Source of the DNA: Salinispira sp.
GTDB taxonomy: Bacteria > Spirochaetota > Spirochaetia > DSM-27196 > Salinispiraceae
Reading direction: 5' to 3'
DNA: 64,000 nucleotides
Assembly (NCBI GenBank): GCA_965226555.1
Contig: CBDDDG010000021.1
Location: forward strand, 256,001-320,000
Shown here: piece by piece, positions 41,366-51,566 of the stretch
Layout of the letters: the number at the start of each line of letters is the position of its first letter
Position numbering within the stretch: the first letter of the stretch is position 1
The notes under the pieces: model-generated
Database searches by the model: none
Told to the model about the DNA's origin: nothing
What the model saw: the letters and a program-made list of their open reading frames with translations, nothing else
Position numbers and translations under genes: made by a program

Positions 41366-42299
41366 CTCTCATGCCGGGCACAGCTTACGGCAAAACTTCC
41401 CGCAAAATTCCCTGCAAAACTCCCGGACGCCGCGCGCGTCTGGGCAGGGGCGAACCTCCGTTGTTCCGCTCTGCGGATTCCTTGCCGCCCTGTCGCTGCT
41501 TTTTGCCTCATGCAATCCCGATCCCGGAGAACCAGGAGTGCTTGGAGAACCAAGCGCGCTCCTGTGGAGCGATGAATTCAACGGCAGCAGTGTCGATCCG
41601 TCAAAGTGGACCTTTGAAACAGGAAACGGCTGCCCGAGCCTCTGCGGCTGGGGCAACAATGAATCGCAGTACTATCAGGCGGCGAACGCGACAATTGAAG
41701 ACTTTTCGGACGGTGAACGGGGGCTGGTCATTGAAGCGCGGAAGGAAAGTGTCGGCGGATTTGGCTACACATCTGCCCGCATGAAAACCCAGGGGCTGGC
41801 AAGCTGGACCTACGGACGCTTTGAAGCCCGCATAAAACTTCCCAAGGGGCGGGGCATATGGCCTGCGTTCTGGATGCTTGGCGATAACATTACCGAGGTC
41901 GGCTGGCCTGTCTCCGGCGAAATAGACATTATGGAACTGGTCGGGCACGAACCCAACAAGGTGCACGGAACCTTTCACTACGGCGACCCCGGCCACAAAT
42001 ACGATGGCGGACACTACTCACTCCCCACCGGCGACTTCTCCGATGACTTCCACATATTTACCCTCGAATGGGAGCCCGGCGAACTCCGCTGGTATGTCGA
42101 TGGCACCCTCTACAGCCGACAAGCCGCATGGACCACATCTCTGCCCGAAGGATTCCCCGCCCCCTTCGACCGCAACTTCTTCCTTCTCCTGAACCTTGCT
42201 GTCGGAGGACAGTGGCCGGGCTACCCCGACGGTTCCACGGTATTCCCCCAGCGCATGTATGTGGATTATGTCCGCGTGTATTCTCTGGATGGAGGCTGA
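41337..42299 (+). CDS. GH16 (laminarinase-like) lipoprotein; start uncertain
   Basis: WSDEF, WGNNE, WPAFWMLG, EIDIME, NLAVGG. Confidence 0.9.
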   Translation: MQTEKNLGASSHAGHSLRQNFPQNSLQNSRTPRASGQGRTSVVPLCGFLAALSLLFASCNPDPGEPGVLGEPSALLWSDEFNGSSVDPSKWTFETGNGCPSLCGWGNNESQYYQAANATIEDFSDGERGLVIEARKESVGGFGYTSARMKTQGLASWTYGRFEARIKLPKGRGIWPAFWMLGDNITEVGWPVSGEIDIMELVGHEPNKVHGTFHYGDPGHKYDGGHYSLPTGDFSDDFHIFTLEWEPGELRWYVDGTLYSRQAAWTTSLPEGFPAPFDRNFFLLLNLAVGGQWPGYPDGSTVFPQRMYVDYVRVYSLDGG

Positions 42300-42329
42300 C
42301 AACTGACCTGAATTTGATCTGATTGTGAT

Positions 42330-42361
42330 CCGATTCGTCCTGAATTTTGGGACGAATCGGA
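42330..42361. terminator. Hairpin after the glycan locus (duplicated at ~43703-43731)
   Basis: CCGATTCGTCC...GGACGAATCGG. Confidence 0.5.
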
Positions 42362-42497
42362 TTTATAAAAATTTCTCAAAATTCGATTATCTATCAATCA
42401 TCCGTGACATTTCTCCTGTTATATATGTAGAGAGGAAATTTTGCATACGGCAAAATTTTCAAAGCGAGTGTGCCATCAACATGGCGGGCTCAATATA

Positions 42498-43553
42498 ATG
42501 AGGATGAATGATATGTCCATTATCAATTTTACTTTTGGAGCCGATGGAAATTCTGTCGGGAATGCGGATTCCGATGTTAATGCGGATTCCGATGCCATCC
42601 ACAATCCCTACGATAAGGGCTGGCGAGAACTTCTGAGCTACAAGGAAGGAACGCGTCAACTTTTGCAAAGGTTTTTCACATTCAACTGGCCGCGGAATGT
42701 GAAGGCGGATGATATTACCATTATCCCCACTACATTCATTAGCTCGCACTGGAAGGACAGCATTCCAGATATGATGTACCAAATTACGTTGCGAGAGCCG
42801 GACAGGGTGGGCTATGTTCTCATTGAGCATCAGTCCACGGTGGATAAATCAATGCTCAATCGATTTTTGAATTACAGTAACCTTCTGAGCCAGTGCCTGC
42901 TGAAAGTCGGCGACATACAGCCCGGAGAATTTCCTTCCGTTTTTCCCATTTTGTTGTATACTGGTGATAAGAAGTGGACGGTTTCCACGAGTTTCCGCGA
43001 GCTGGATGATCTGGAGGGTTTTCAGATACTGGGGTCGGGGTTTCAATACCATACGATTCTCGTGAACGAAATGTCTGATGAGCAACTCCAACAGATAGGC
43101 GGGGTATTGGCGGCTGTTATGTATGTCGGCAGACAGCCGAGCACCATGTTTATTGATGTGGAGCAGCGCCCGCAAATACTGGCAAAAATTGGCGCTATGA
43201 TCGCAGATGAAACTTCAGAAATGCTGAATATATTTGCCAGTGTAATAGCAATGATGTTCGGGTTTCGAATAAGCCCGCAGGAAATTGAAAAACACATACA
43301 AACAGGAGAGGAGGTAACAACCATGATTAAACTTGTAGCCGATGAAATTTTCGAATACGGTCTCGCAAAGGGCCGCACTGAAGGGCGCACTGAAGGCCGC
43401 ACGGAAGGGCATCGGGAAGAACGGATGAAAAACGCCAGCGGTATGTTTTCCGAAGGATTTTCAGCCGAAGTCGTTCGGAGGATTACCGGATTGAGCGATG
43501 AGGAAATTCGGGCATTGCAAAACGGTCGGGCATTACAGAATGGATCGCATTGA
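42498..43553 (+). CDS. Rpn-family nuclease, apparently intact; internal RpnS start at 43323; 5' start uncertain
   Basis: YDKGW, PD, LIEHQS, PILLYTG; GGAGGT before ATG 43323. Confidence 0.8.
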   Translation: MRMNDMSIINFTFGADGNSVGNADSDVNADSDAIHNPYDKGWRELLSYKEGTRQLLQRFFTFNWPRNVKADDITIIPTTFISSHWKDSIPDMMYQITLREPDRVGYVLIEHQSTVDKSMLNRFLNYSNLLSQCLLKVGDIQPGEFPSVFPILLYTGDKKWTVSTSFRELDDLEGFQILGSGFQYHTILVNEMSDEQLQQIGGVLAAVMYVGRQPSTMFIDVEQRPQILAKIGAMIADETSEMLNIFASVIAMMFGFRISPQEIEKHIQTGEEVTTMIKLVADEIFEYGLAKGRTEGRTEGRTEGHREERMKNASGMFSEGFSAEVVRRITGLSDEEIRALQNGRALQNGSH

Positions 43554-43578
43554 TTGGCAGTAATGCGCTGAAATGAGC

Positions 43579-43744
43579 GGACAGTGGCCGGGCTACCCCG
43601 ACGGTTCCACGGTATTCCCCCAGCGCATGTATGTGGATTATGTCCGCGTGTATTCTCTGGATGGAGGCTGACAACTGACCTAAATTTGATCTATTATCAA
43701 TTCGATTCGTCCTGAATTTTGGGACGAATCGGATTTATAAAAAT
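43579..43744 (+). repeat. Duplicate of the GH16 3' end plus terminator (42207-42372)
   Basis: First ~103 nt identical; both copies 166 bp. Confidence 0.9.
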
Positions 43745-43760
43745 GTATAGAGGAGTATTG

Positions 43761-43988
43761 ATGATGAATGTTCTGGATGCAGCCGAACACGTATTAAAAG
43801 AAGCAGGGAAACCCCTCCATGCCAGAGATATTGCCAAGCGGATGATTGAAACCGGATTGTGGTCAACTATTGCTAAAAATCAGAAGAAAGTTCTCGTTTC
43901 CTATATTTGTCAAGATATGAAAAAATGGGGTGATAAATCGCGCTTTATACGGGTAGCTCCCAACACTTTTAACCTTCGAGATGTTTAA
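43761..43988 (+). CDS. HARE-HTH (restriction endonuclease-associated wHTH) small protein
   Basis: DAAEHVLKEAGKPLH...SRFIRVAPNTF. Confidence 0.7.
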   Translation: MMNVLDAAEHVLKEAGKPLHARDIAKRMIETGLWSTIAKNQKKVLVSYICQDMKKWGDKSRFIRVAPNTFNLRDV

Positions 43989-43993
43989 CGATT

Positions 43994-45382
43994 ATGGCGC
44001 CAAACAACCCATTAACGCCTGATAGTCAAATACTGACAGTGGAGAAACTTCTTTCCATTGAGAATTTGACCATTCCCGTATATCAGCGGCCGTACAAGTG
44101 GACAGGAAAGAACGTTAACCAGCTTTTCACCGACATTGCAACTCACAAGGACAAATCCTCTTATCGTCTCGGAACAATTGTCTTTCATCAGGATGGTGTC
44201 CGAAAAAATATTGTCGATGGACAGCAGAGAATAATTACACTTTTACTGACTGTTCGCGCATTACTCATACTTCGCAATGACAAAATTGAACGCAGCGATC
44301 TGAAGGAACAGTTGAATTCGCTGGAGCAGAACATGATAAACCCCTGCTTCAAAAATAAAATTTCCAAAAATAACATACACAAAAATTATCTTGAAATTTT
44401 CCGCATTATCGCCCGATCCGATTTTACTGAAGAGCACATCAATTTCCTTTTGAATAAATGCGCAGTCGTCACTTTTACGTTGAATGATATTTCCGAAGCC
44501 TTCCAATTCTTTGATTCCCAGAATGCGCGTGGGCGCGATCTTGAACCGCATGATCTGCTGAAAGCTTATCACCTGCGGGAATTCAGTTCGGATGATGAAC
44601 AGGAGAAGGCTTCCACTGTTGAAGAATGGGAAAGTAGTGAAACAAAGGAACTGGCTAATCTCTTTTCACAATATTTATATCGCATCCGCAACTGGTCGAA
44701 GGGGGCTTCCGCCCGTTATTTTGGCAAAGAAGATACAGAATTGTTTAAAGGCGTCAACATGGAAAAAATAGAACGCTATCCCTATGTTGAACAGTTGCGC
44801 ATAGTACACCGTTTTATTGATCATTATAAACGGCAATACGAACGCAGTATTGATGGTCATACCCGCAGTTTTCCGTTTCATTTAGATCAAACCATCATCA
44901 ACGGCAGGCGCTTTTTTGAGATGATTACGCACTATCAGAAAATGATATGCAACTATAACTGCTCTGTTGCTGATTCCCAATCATTAATTACAATGGAAAA
45001 TCTGAATGGGTATTCAGAAGCGATATTGGAAACTATTAACGACTATACGGGTTGTAAACGCACCGGAGATCGATATGTTCGAACAATTTTCGATTGCCTG
45101 CTGATCTATTATATTGACAAATTCGGGCATGCAGAAATATCCCGAGCAATCGAAAAGATTTTTATTTGGGCATACAGCCTTCGTCTGAAAATGCAGGTGG
45201 TTCATCTTGCCAGTATGGATAACTACGTTCTGAAAAATAACCTCTTTGAGCTTATTAAAGATGCTATTCACCCCACTGACTTTATCAATTGCCCTCTTCA
45301 GGGTTTATTGGAGGTAAAATCTACCAAAACCGAGAAAATTAACAAATTATTTAGTAAGATGAAATATTTGGAGCAACAATAA
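43994..45382 (+). CDS. DUF262 (GmrS-like) protein
   Basis: IPVYQRPYKW, DGQQR, FDSQNARG. Confidence 0.85.
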   Translation: MAPNNPLTPDSQILTVEKLLSIENLTIPVYQRPYKWTGKNVNQLFTDIATHKDKSSYRLGTIVFHQDGVRKNIVDGQQRIITLLLTVRALLILRNDKIERSDLKEQLNSLEQNMINPCFKNKISKNNIHKNYLEIFRIIARSDFTEEHINFLLNKCAVVTFTLNDISEAFQFFDSQNARGRDLEPHDLLKAYHLREFSSDDEQEKASTVEEWESSETKELANLFSQYLYRIRNWSKGASARYFGKEDTELFKGVNMEKIERYPYVEQLRIVHRFIDHYKRQYERSIDGHTRSFPFHLDQTIINGRRFFEMITHYQKMICNYNCSVADSQSLITMENLNGYSEAILETINDYTGCKRTGDRYVRTIFDCLLIYYIDKFGHAEISRAIEKIFIWAYSLRLKMQVVHLASMDNYVLKNNLFELIKDAIHPTDFINCPLQGLLEVKSTKTEKINKLFSKMKYLEQQ

Positions 45383-45384
45383 TA

Positions 45385-47412
45385 ATGAGTAACAGTAACG
45401 AAATTTCACAACTTTCCGTCCGTGAGCTTCTCGAAAGCGGAGACAAATATATTATCCCCATGTATCAGCGGAATTATGCATGGGACGAGGGCGAAATTAC
45501 ACAACTAATACAGGACATTATTGATTATCTTCCAGAAAAACGTAACTACTACATCGGCACACTTGTCGTTTTCAAAAGGCCTGACACTGACAAGCTTGAC
45601 GAATCTGGCGGATATGAAACCATTGACGGTCAGCAGAGGGTGACCACTTTGGCCCTGTTGGCATCGTATCTGAAAAATGAACGAGTTAATGGAGGATTAT
45701 GCGATATTTCATGGTTAACGCAGTTGCCAATTACATTCGATAGCCGGAAAAAATCACAGAAGACTTTTGATAAAATTTTCACTGGCAAATTCAAAGATGA
45801 CTCTACAGAACATATTGACTCCGAGGAGATAAATACCGCTATTCTGAACGGATATCATCTTATCCAGAAAAATCTCCCTCTGAAACTTGCCGAAAGGGAC
45901 ATTGTACCACAAAAATTTTCCAATTTTTTATTCGACAATGTTCAGATTATGAGAGTGATGGTTCCCGAAGATACCGACATGAATCATTATTTTGAGATCA
46001 TGAATAATCGGGGCGAGCAGTTGGAAAAACATGAAATACTCAAATCTCGGATGCTGGAGACTCTTAAGAACGATAAAGACAGTCAGAACTGCCTTTCCAA
46101 CGTATGGGAAGTGTGTGAGAACATGGAAAAATATGCGCAGATGGGTTTTTCACTGTCTCAACGCAATGCTTTTTTTAAAGAGAAGAATTGGGATTCTTTC
46201 GCTGTGAACAATTTTAGGGAACTTAGTGAGAAAATAAAGCAAATAGGGGGAGAATCAAAAAGCGACGTTAATGATACAGAGCAACTTACTGAAATTATTA
46301 CAGGGTATCGAAGTAGTGCTGATAGCCAACAACGTAACGAGGATGATGGATCATCAGAGCGATTTAACTCCATAATCAATTTCCCCAATTTTCTGTTGCA
46401 TGTTTTACGAGTTCAGACAGGAAAGGATATACCATTGGATGATAAAAGGCTCATCTCAACGTTCGAAGAACACGTGCTCAAAAAAAATGATGCCTCAGAA
46501 AAAATTAAGGAGTTTATCTTCAATCTGCTTCGCTGCAAATTCCTGTACGACAAATATATTATTAAGCGCGAATTCATTAAGGGAAATGACCGTTGGAGTC
46601 TCAAACGCCTTAAATGGAATGAAGGTGGTGTAAAAAATCGCTCCGGCCGCGGATCGTATGTGAATACTTTTGGCAAGGAGGATGACGCTGAAGACGATGA
46701 AGCAGAAAACAGAAAAATTCTCATGCTTCTCTCCGCTTTCCATGTTTCCACACCTACTCGTGTCTATAAACACTGGCTTAACGCTGCGCTACATTATCTA
46801 TTCACTACCGAAATAGTTCTCTGCGAGAAAATTCAACCTGCCGCATACCTACTTCATCTGGAATCTGTGGCTAAATCATTCGTGTTTGATCGTTTTCTGG
46901 CAGCAGATGGCGGACTGGACTATTTTGACATAATTTACACGAAGAAGGGTATTTGCCAAGCGCGAAAAGAAACCATATCGGAAGAAACAATGGACGACAA
47001 ACTTTCTTTCGGCAAAATTGAGAACAACTTAGTATTCAATTTTCTCGACTATCTTTTGTGGCTTGAGTATCGGCATAAGAGTCATGTTCAGAATTATGAA
47101 TTCACGTTTCGGAGTTCGGTGGAACATTACTATCCTCAGCACCCATTGCCCGGATATAAAAAGTTGTCGGCAGAAACACTACATTCATTTGGAAACCTCT
47201 GTTTAATCAGCCACAGTAAAAATTCACGGCTCAGCAATTACATGCCAAAGGCAAAAAATGATCATTATCAACAGAATACAATCGATAGTGTGAAACAACA
47301 TTTAATGATGAAGATGACGGATAATGCAGGCTGGGATAAAGGGAGCATTACCGATCACTTCAAAGATATGAAAAAGGTATTTCTCCAAGCATTAGGGCCC
47401 GCAGGAAATTGA
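45385..47412 (+). CDS. DUF262 + DUF1524 HNH (GmrSD-like type IV restriction) protein
   Basis: YQRNYAW, DGQQR, FEIMNNRG; SVEHYYPQ...GNLCLI...NSRLSN. Confidence 0.85.
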   Translation: MSNSNEISQLSVRELLESGDKYIIPMYQRNYAWDEGEITQLIQDIIDYLPEKRNYYIGTLVVFKRPDTDKLDESGGYETIDGQQRVTTLALLASYLKNERVNGGLCDISWLTQLPITFDSRKKSQKTFDKIFTGKFKDDSTEHIDSEEINTAILNGYHLIQKNLPLKLAERDIVPQKFSNFLFDNVQIMRVMVPEDTDMNHYFEIMNNRGEQLEKHEILKSRMLETLKNDKDSQNCLSNVWEVCENMEKYAQMGFSLSQRNAFFKEKNWDSFAVNNFRELSEKIKQIGGESKSDVNDTEQLTEIITGYRSSADSQQRNEDDGSSERFNSIINFPNFLLHVLRVQTGKDIPLDDKRLISTFEEHVLKKNDASEKIKEFIFNLLRCKFLYDKYIIKREFIKGNDRWSLKRLKWNEGGVKNRSGRGSYVNTFGKEDDAEDDEAENRKILMLLSAFHVSTPTRVYKHWLNAALHYLFTTEIVLCEKIQPAAYLLHLESVAKSFVFDRFLAADGGLDYFDIIYTKKGICQARKETISEETMDDKLSFGKIENNLVFNFLDYLLWLEYRHKSHVQNYEFTFRSSVEHYYPQHPLPGYKKLSAETLHSFGNLCLISHSKNSRLSNYMPKAKNDHYQQNTIDSVKQHLMMKMTDNAGWDKGSITDHFKDMKKVFLQALGPAGN

Positions 47413-47446
47413 AAAACACATACAAACAGGAGAGGAGGTAACAACC

Positions 47447-47665
47447 ATGATTAAACTTGTAGCCGATGAAATTTTCGAATACGGTCTCGCAAAGGGGCGC
47501 ACTGAAGGCCGCACGGAAGGGCATCGGGAAGAACGGATGAAAAACGCCAGCGGTATGTTTTCCGAAGGATTTTCAGCCGAAGTCGTTCGGAGGATTACCG
47601 GATTGAGCGATGAGGAAATTCGGGCATTGCAAAACGGTCGGGCATTACAGAATGGATCGCATTGA
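47447..47665 (+). CDS. Stand-alone RpnS-like copy, within a duplicate (47397-47680) of 43273-43568
   Basis: Matches 43323-43553 minus one 12-bp repeat unit; own RBS. Confidence 0.7.
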   Translation: MIKLVADEIFEYGLAKGRTEGRTEGHREERMKNASGMFSEGFSAEVVRRITGLSDEEIRALQNGRALQNGSH

Positions 47666-47795
47666 TTGGCAGTAATGCGCGGGCGAGCGGGAGAATCTGC
47701 CCATCCTCATCATTGTGGAAAAAATCATACAAAAACAGAGAATTATGATACGCTGAGTCTCAATCGCCTCGTCAGAAGGAGGAGATGGAGCAGGC

Positions 47796-49076
47796 ATGAG
47801 CAGAAACGTTGACGAACAATCTATTCCGAACACCGGGTTTCAAACGCTGGACGAGTTCCTCTGGAAGTCGGTTTTGAATGTTGAGGAGCAGAGGAATCCG
47901 GCGAAGGCGCTGGAGAAAATGGGGCTGCTTGTTGCCGATGAGGGCGGGTCGCAGCGCGCTTCTGTCGCTGGCATTTTGATGTGCGCTGAAAATCCTGAAA
48001 CATGGCTGCCGAATGCCTGCATAAAGGCGACATGTTATCGGGGAAAGGATCGCGCGTCCGGGCACATTGATTCGGCTGATATTACCGGTTCCGTTGTGAA
48101 GCAGATTTCGGGAGCGGTTGACTTTGCGGTAAAAAATATGCGGGTCGCAGCGAGGAAGGCGCCGGCGCGGGAGAATTTGCCGCAATACAGTGAAGAATCC
48201 CTGTTTGAGGCCATTGTGAACGCTGTCATCCATCGAGATTATTCAATAAAGGGAGAGAGCATCCGTCTATCAATGTTTGAAGATCGATTGGAAATACAAT
48301 CGCCCGGAAAACTGCTCAACGGAGTGACCGATGAGAACTTGGCAAGCCGACAGGCCACACGAAACGAAGTGCTGGTGAAAATTTTATCGCGCATGCCCGT
48401 TGCCGGCATGAAGGGAACGCAGAACAGGGCATACATTCTGGAGGGGCGGGGGAACGGCATACCCATCATCCAGAAGAAAACCGAAGAACTCAGCGGTAAG
48501 CAGCCGCAGTTCAAAACCATTGATAATGCGGTCTTTCAGGTTACCATTCCGGCTGCAATTCTGGAGCATGTTCCCATACAGACCGCCGTAACTGCCTACC
48601 ACGAGGGGCGCCCCGCAGCAGATATTTGCATACTGGCGCTGTTTCCGAATAAAACAGGGAAGGAAGCGGTAAGCGATGCGGAGGGCAGGGCGATATTGAA
48701 CCTGCATTCCTCCCATTTGCCGATGACCGTGTTTGCGGCCGGCAGCGGCTATGCAGCGAAAATAGAACGGAACTGGATACCCTCCGAGCGCGCCCTTGCC
48801 CTTAACCTGCGGAAACTCCCGGGGGGCGGGTCGCTTATTTTTTCTGATGCGACAGGCTGCATTCCCAATGTGTCCGGGCGCCTGAATCCGATTCGGGATG
48901 CCGATGACCGCACATATCTCTATGCCGCAAACATTTCCATTAACGAGGGCAGGCAGCAGCCGGTTCACTTCTCCTTCGGGGAAGACCTGAGGCTTACCGA
49001 TGCGGAGGGACGGGGCGCTGTCGTTCGCATTGTCGAAATCATCGGACAATCGGCTGTTGTGGAATATGAGCGGTGA
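47796..49076 (+). CDS. HATPase_c_4 domain protein lacking the N-terminal AlbA_2 domain
   Basis: EAIVNAVIHRDY, DRLEIQSPG, EGRGNG. Confidence 0.65.
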   Translation: MSRNVDEQSIPNTGFQTLDEFLWKSVLNVEEQRNPAKALEKMGLLVADEGGSQRASVAGILMCAENPETWLPNACIKATCYRGKDRASGHIDSADITGSVVKQISGAVDFAVKNMRVAARKAPARENLPQYSEESLFEAIVNAVIHRDYSIKGESIRLSMFEDRLEIQSPGKLLNGVTDENLASRQATRNEVLVKILSRMPVAGMKGTQNRAYILEGRGNGIPIIQKKTEELSGKQPQFKTIDNAVFQVTIPAAILEHVPIQTAVTAYHEGRPAADICILALFPNKTGKEAVSDAEGRAILNLHSSHLPMTVFAAGSGYAAKIERNWIPSERALALNLRKLPGGGSLIFSDATGCIPNVSGRLNPIRDADDRTYLYAANISINEGRQQPVHFSFGEDLRLTDAEGRGAVVRIVEIIGQSAVVEYER

Positions 49077-49138
49077 TGATAATATCAGCGGTGAGAAGGT
49101 TTTGCGTTTTGCAAAACTTTGTTTGAATTGATACGGAG

Positions 49139-50200
49139 GTGATGACGATGTCATTGCAAACACAGATAGCAAAGATACGCGAAAAGTTAAACAAGCGCGA
49201 GTACGCCAACGAGCAGGCGGTATCGCAGGGCATTGTTGTGCATCTGTTGCAGACAATGAGCTGGCAAACGCAGGAAACGGACAAAGTTTGCCCGCAGTAT
49301 ACGGTTAGGGGCGGACGGGTCGATTTTGCGTTGTGCGTAAATCCAAACGAACCGGTTATTTTTATTGAGGTTAAGCAGCCCGGCGGAATTGATGACGCGG
49401 ACACACAGTTGTTTGAGTATGCGTTTAAGCAATCTTTCCATGGAAGCGTCGATGTTGCGGTCGCGACCGATGGACGGGAATGGCGTTTTTACTGGCCCTC
49501 TGGCAGCGGCAGTTATGAGAAACGGCGGTTTTGCGTTGTGGATTTTCTCGAAGACGATGCCAAAAAAGCGGCGGCAAAGTTACAGCGCTATTTGTCGTGG
49601 GAAAACGTTCGCAGCAAGCAGGCCTTACGAAACGCGAAAAACGATTATGAAGAGTTCTGCAATAAACGCGAAACATGGGAACATATTCCAAAGGCATGCG
49701 CAAAGTTGATGGCGGAACACCGCGATGCGGTTGTTCGCGCGGTATCGGAAAAAGTTAAAACCTTATGCGGCCACACTCCCGCAGATGAGCAAATTACTGA
49801 ATTTCTGGAGACCCTGTCTTTCGAATCCAGATCGGAAAGCGGCGACACATCGCCTCACAAAAAGAGAAGCCTCTCAGGCAAAAAAACGCCGCCACAGTCG
49901 CGAAGCGGCAACAGAGAGAAGATAAGGGTAATTTTCCCCAACGGCCATGAAATATACAACAATGCTGTAACGACAACGTTTGTCGATACCTTGCGCACAA
50001 TCGGCTTCGCCAAAGCGGCGCGGGCGGAGATCATGATAGCTGGGCATCCGTTAATATCGAAGGAACAGCACAAGCCACAGTGGAAAGATGTTGGCGACGG
50101 CTTCTTTGTGTGCACGCATTCCAGCACTAAGGGAAAAATTGAACAACTTCAGAAAATAAGTGAGCGCTTACATGTGAATTTGAAAATTCAAACCTGTTGA
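49139..50200 (+). CDS. HSDR_N-like PD-(D/E)XK nuclease with C-terminal accessory domain
   Basis: NEQAV, VDFAL, FIEVK, QLFEYA, TDGREW. Confidence 0.7.
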   Translation: MMTMSLQTQIAKIREKLNKREYANEQAVSQGIVVHLLQTMSWQTQETDKVCPQYTVRGGRVDFALCVNPNEPVIFIEVKQPGGIDDADTQLFEYAFKQSFHGSVDVAVATDGREWRFYWPSGSGSYEKRRFCVVDFLEDDAKKAAAKLQRYLSWENVRSKQALRNAKNDYEEFCNKRETWEHIPKACAKLMAEHRDAVVRAVSEKVKTLCGHTPADEQITEFLETLSFESRSESGDTSPHKKRSLSGKKTPPQSRSGNREKIRVIFPNGHEIYNNAVTTTFVDTLRTIGFAKAARAEIMIAGHPLISKEQHKPQWKDVGDGFFVCTHSSTKGKIEQLQKISERLHVNLKIQTC

Positions 50201-50212
50201 GTCTTGCGGAGG

Positions 50213-51022
50213 ATGAACATGAAAAAAGTACTATTGCTATTCGGTATTGTCGGCATGATATTTATGACAGCCTGCGATCCTGATATTGTAACACCATCAC
50301 CCGAACCCGATCCCGGAATCAGCACGCCCGAACCTGAACCGGGAGAACCCGAGCCCGGAGTCAGCCCCCCCGAACCTGAACCGGGAGAACCCGATCCCGA
50401 AGACAGTGGATACGAGATACTGGAAACTCGGTACTTGTTTGCTGATTATGAACATGGTGGACTGACGTGGAAAGGCGGCACAAACTTAACAATATTCATA
50501 CCTTCCGGGCGAGTGCGATCCGGTGTATTGGCATATCGGCAACAAATAGATGGGGTATATTATATTTCCGAATATCCGCAGGCATATTTATCGACGCTAT
50601 ATTTTAATATCCCGATAACATTTTATGATTCAGGACAGGTGGCATCAGGATATTTATCTGAAACGCAGCAGATAGGAGGGATATATTTTGCTGCTAATCA
50701 TACAGCTTTTCATGATTCAGGACAGGTGGCAAGCGGATATCTATCTGAAACGCAGCAGATAGGAGGGATATATTTTTCTTCTGTTAATATCATGGCTTTT
50801 TATGATTCAGGACAGGTGGCAGGCGGATGGCTATCTGAAACGCAACAGATAAGGGGAATATATTTTGCTGCTAATCTCATATCTTTCTATGATTCAGGTC
50901 AGGTTGCGTCAGGATATTTATCTGAAGATCAACAAATTGATGGACAATGTTACGGAGGGTACATCACCTTTAATGAAGATGGGACAGTATCGGACGGCAC
51001 TGTCGGAACCGACTGTTCATAA
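50213..51022 (+). CDS. Lipoprotein with ~23-aa FYDSGQVASGYL repeats (MORN2/YwqK-like)
   Basis: FMTAC lipobox; PEP linker; five repeats. Confidence 0.7.
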   Translation: MNMKKVLLLFGIVGMIFMTACDPDIVTPSPEPDPGISTPEPEPGEPEPGVSPPEPEPGEPDPEDSGYEILETRYLFADYEHGGLTWKGGTNLTIFIPSGRVRSGVLAYRQQIDGVYYISEYPQAYLSTLYFNIPITFYDSGQVASGYLSETQQIGGIYFAANHTAFHDSGQVASGYLSETQQIGGIYFSSVNIMAFYDSGQVAGGWLSETQQIRGIYFAANLISFYDSGQVASGYLSEDQQIDGQCYGGYITFNEDGTVSDGTVGTDCS

Positions 51023-51024
51023 TA

Positions 51025-51489
51025 TATTTTCTTGCTTTAACACAGGCAACCCCAAAAGCACGTTTACCCTGAAAACATTGCCCGAAACCGCCGCATTTCA
51101 GCAGCGGGTAACAACCCTCGGTGCGAAGAAAAGAAGCGCGAGCAATAATAAAAAACTCGCCGCCCTCGCGGAAACGTGGAAGCCTCTTGCGGGGCAGAGT
51201 CGGGACATTGCGAAGTTCATTGAGCATCTTCATAGGCTCATTGAGAAAAATTTGGAAACAGTGGAGGGCACTTATAATGCGCGGAAGCATAAGACCTTGG
51301 ACAGCAGAAAAATTCGGAACAATGTGAAGGTGCTCAATGAGAGGCGGAAGGCGCTCGTTGAGTCTCTCAATTTAGCGCATTATTTTCACCGGCAAGCGCA
51401 ATGGCTGCTGGAGCGCTTTCCGGCGGGGGTGTATTGCGATGTTGAGGGTCTTTGTAAGCGTGTTGATATTTCCGAAATAAAAAATAATA
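51025..51489 (+). pseudogene. Type I R-M HsdM C-terminal remnant ending at a palindromic unit (51490-51529)
   Basis: WLLERFPAGVYCDVEGLCK resembles an HsdM C-terminus; no start and no methylase motifs. Confidence 0.55.
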
Positions 51490-51566
51490 GAAAATTTTGC
51501 AGAGCAAACTTTTCAGTAGCAAAACTTTGTTATAATGTAAAAGTATTCCAATGTGGTGCAGCTGAA

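Noticed and set aside
42207..43744. Duplicated gene 3' end as a DGR template/variable repeat pair (also 2488/15623)
   Set aside because: Coding parts are identical with no adenine-specific mismatches, and there is no reverse transcriptase in the window.
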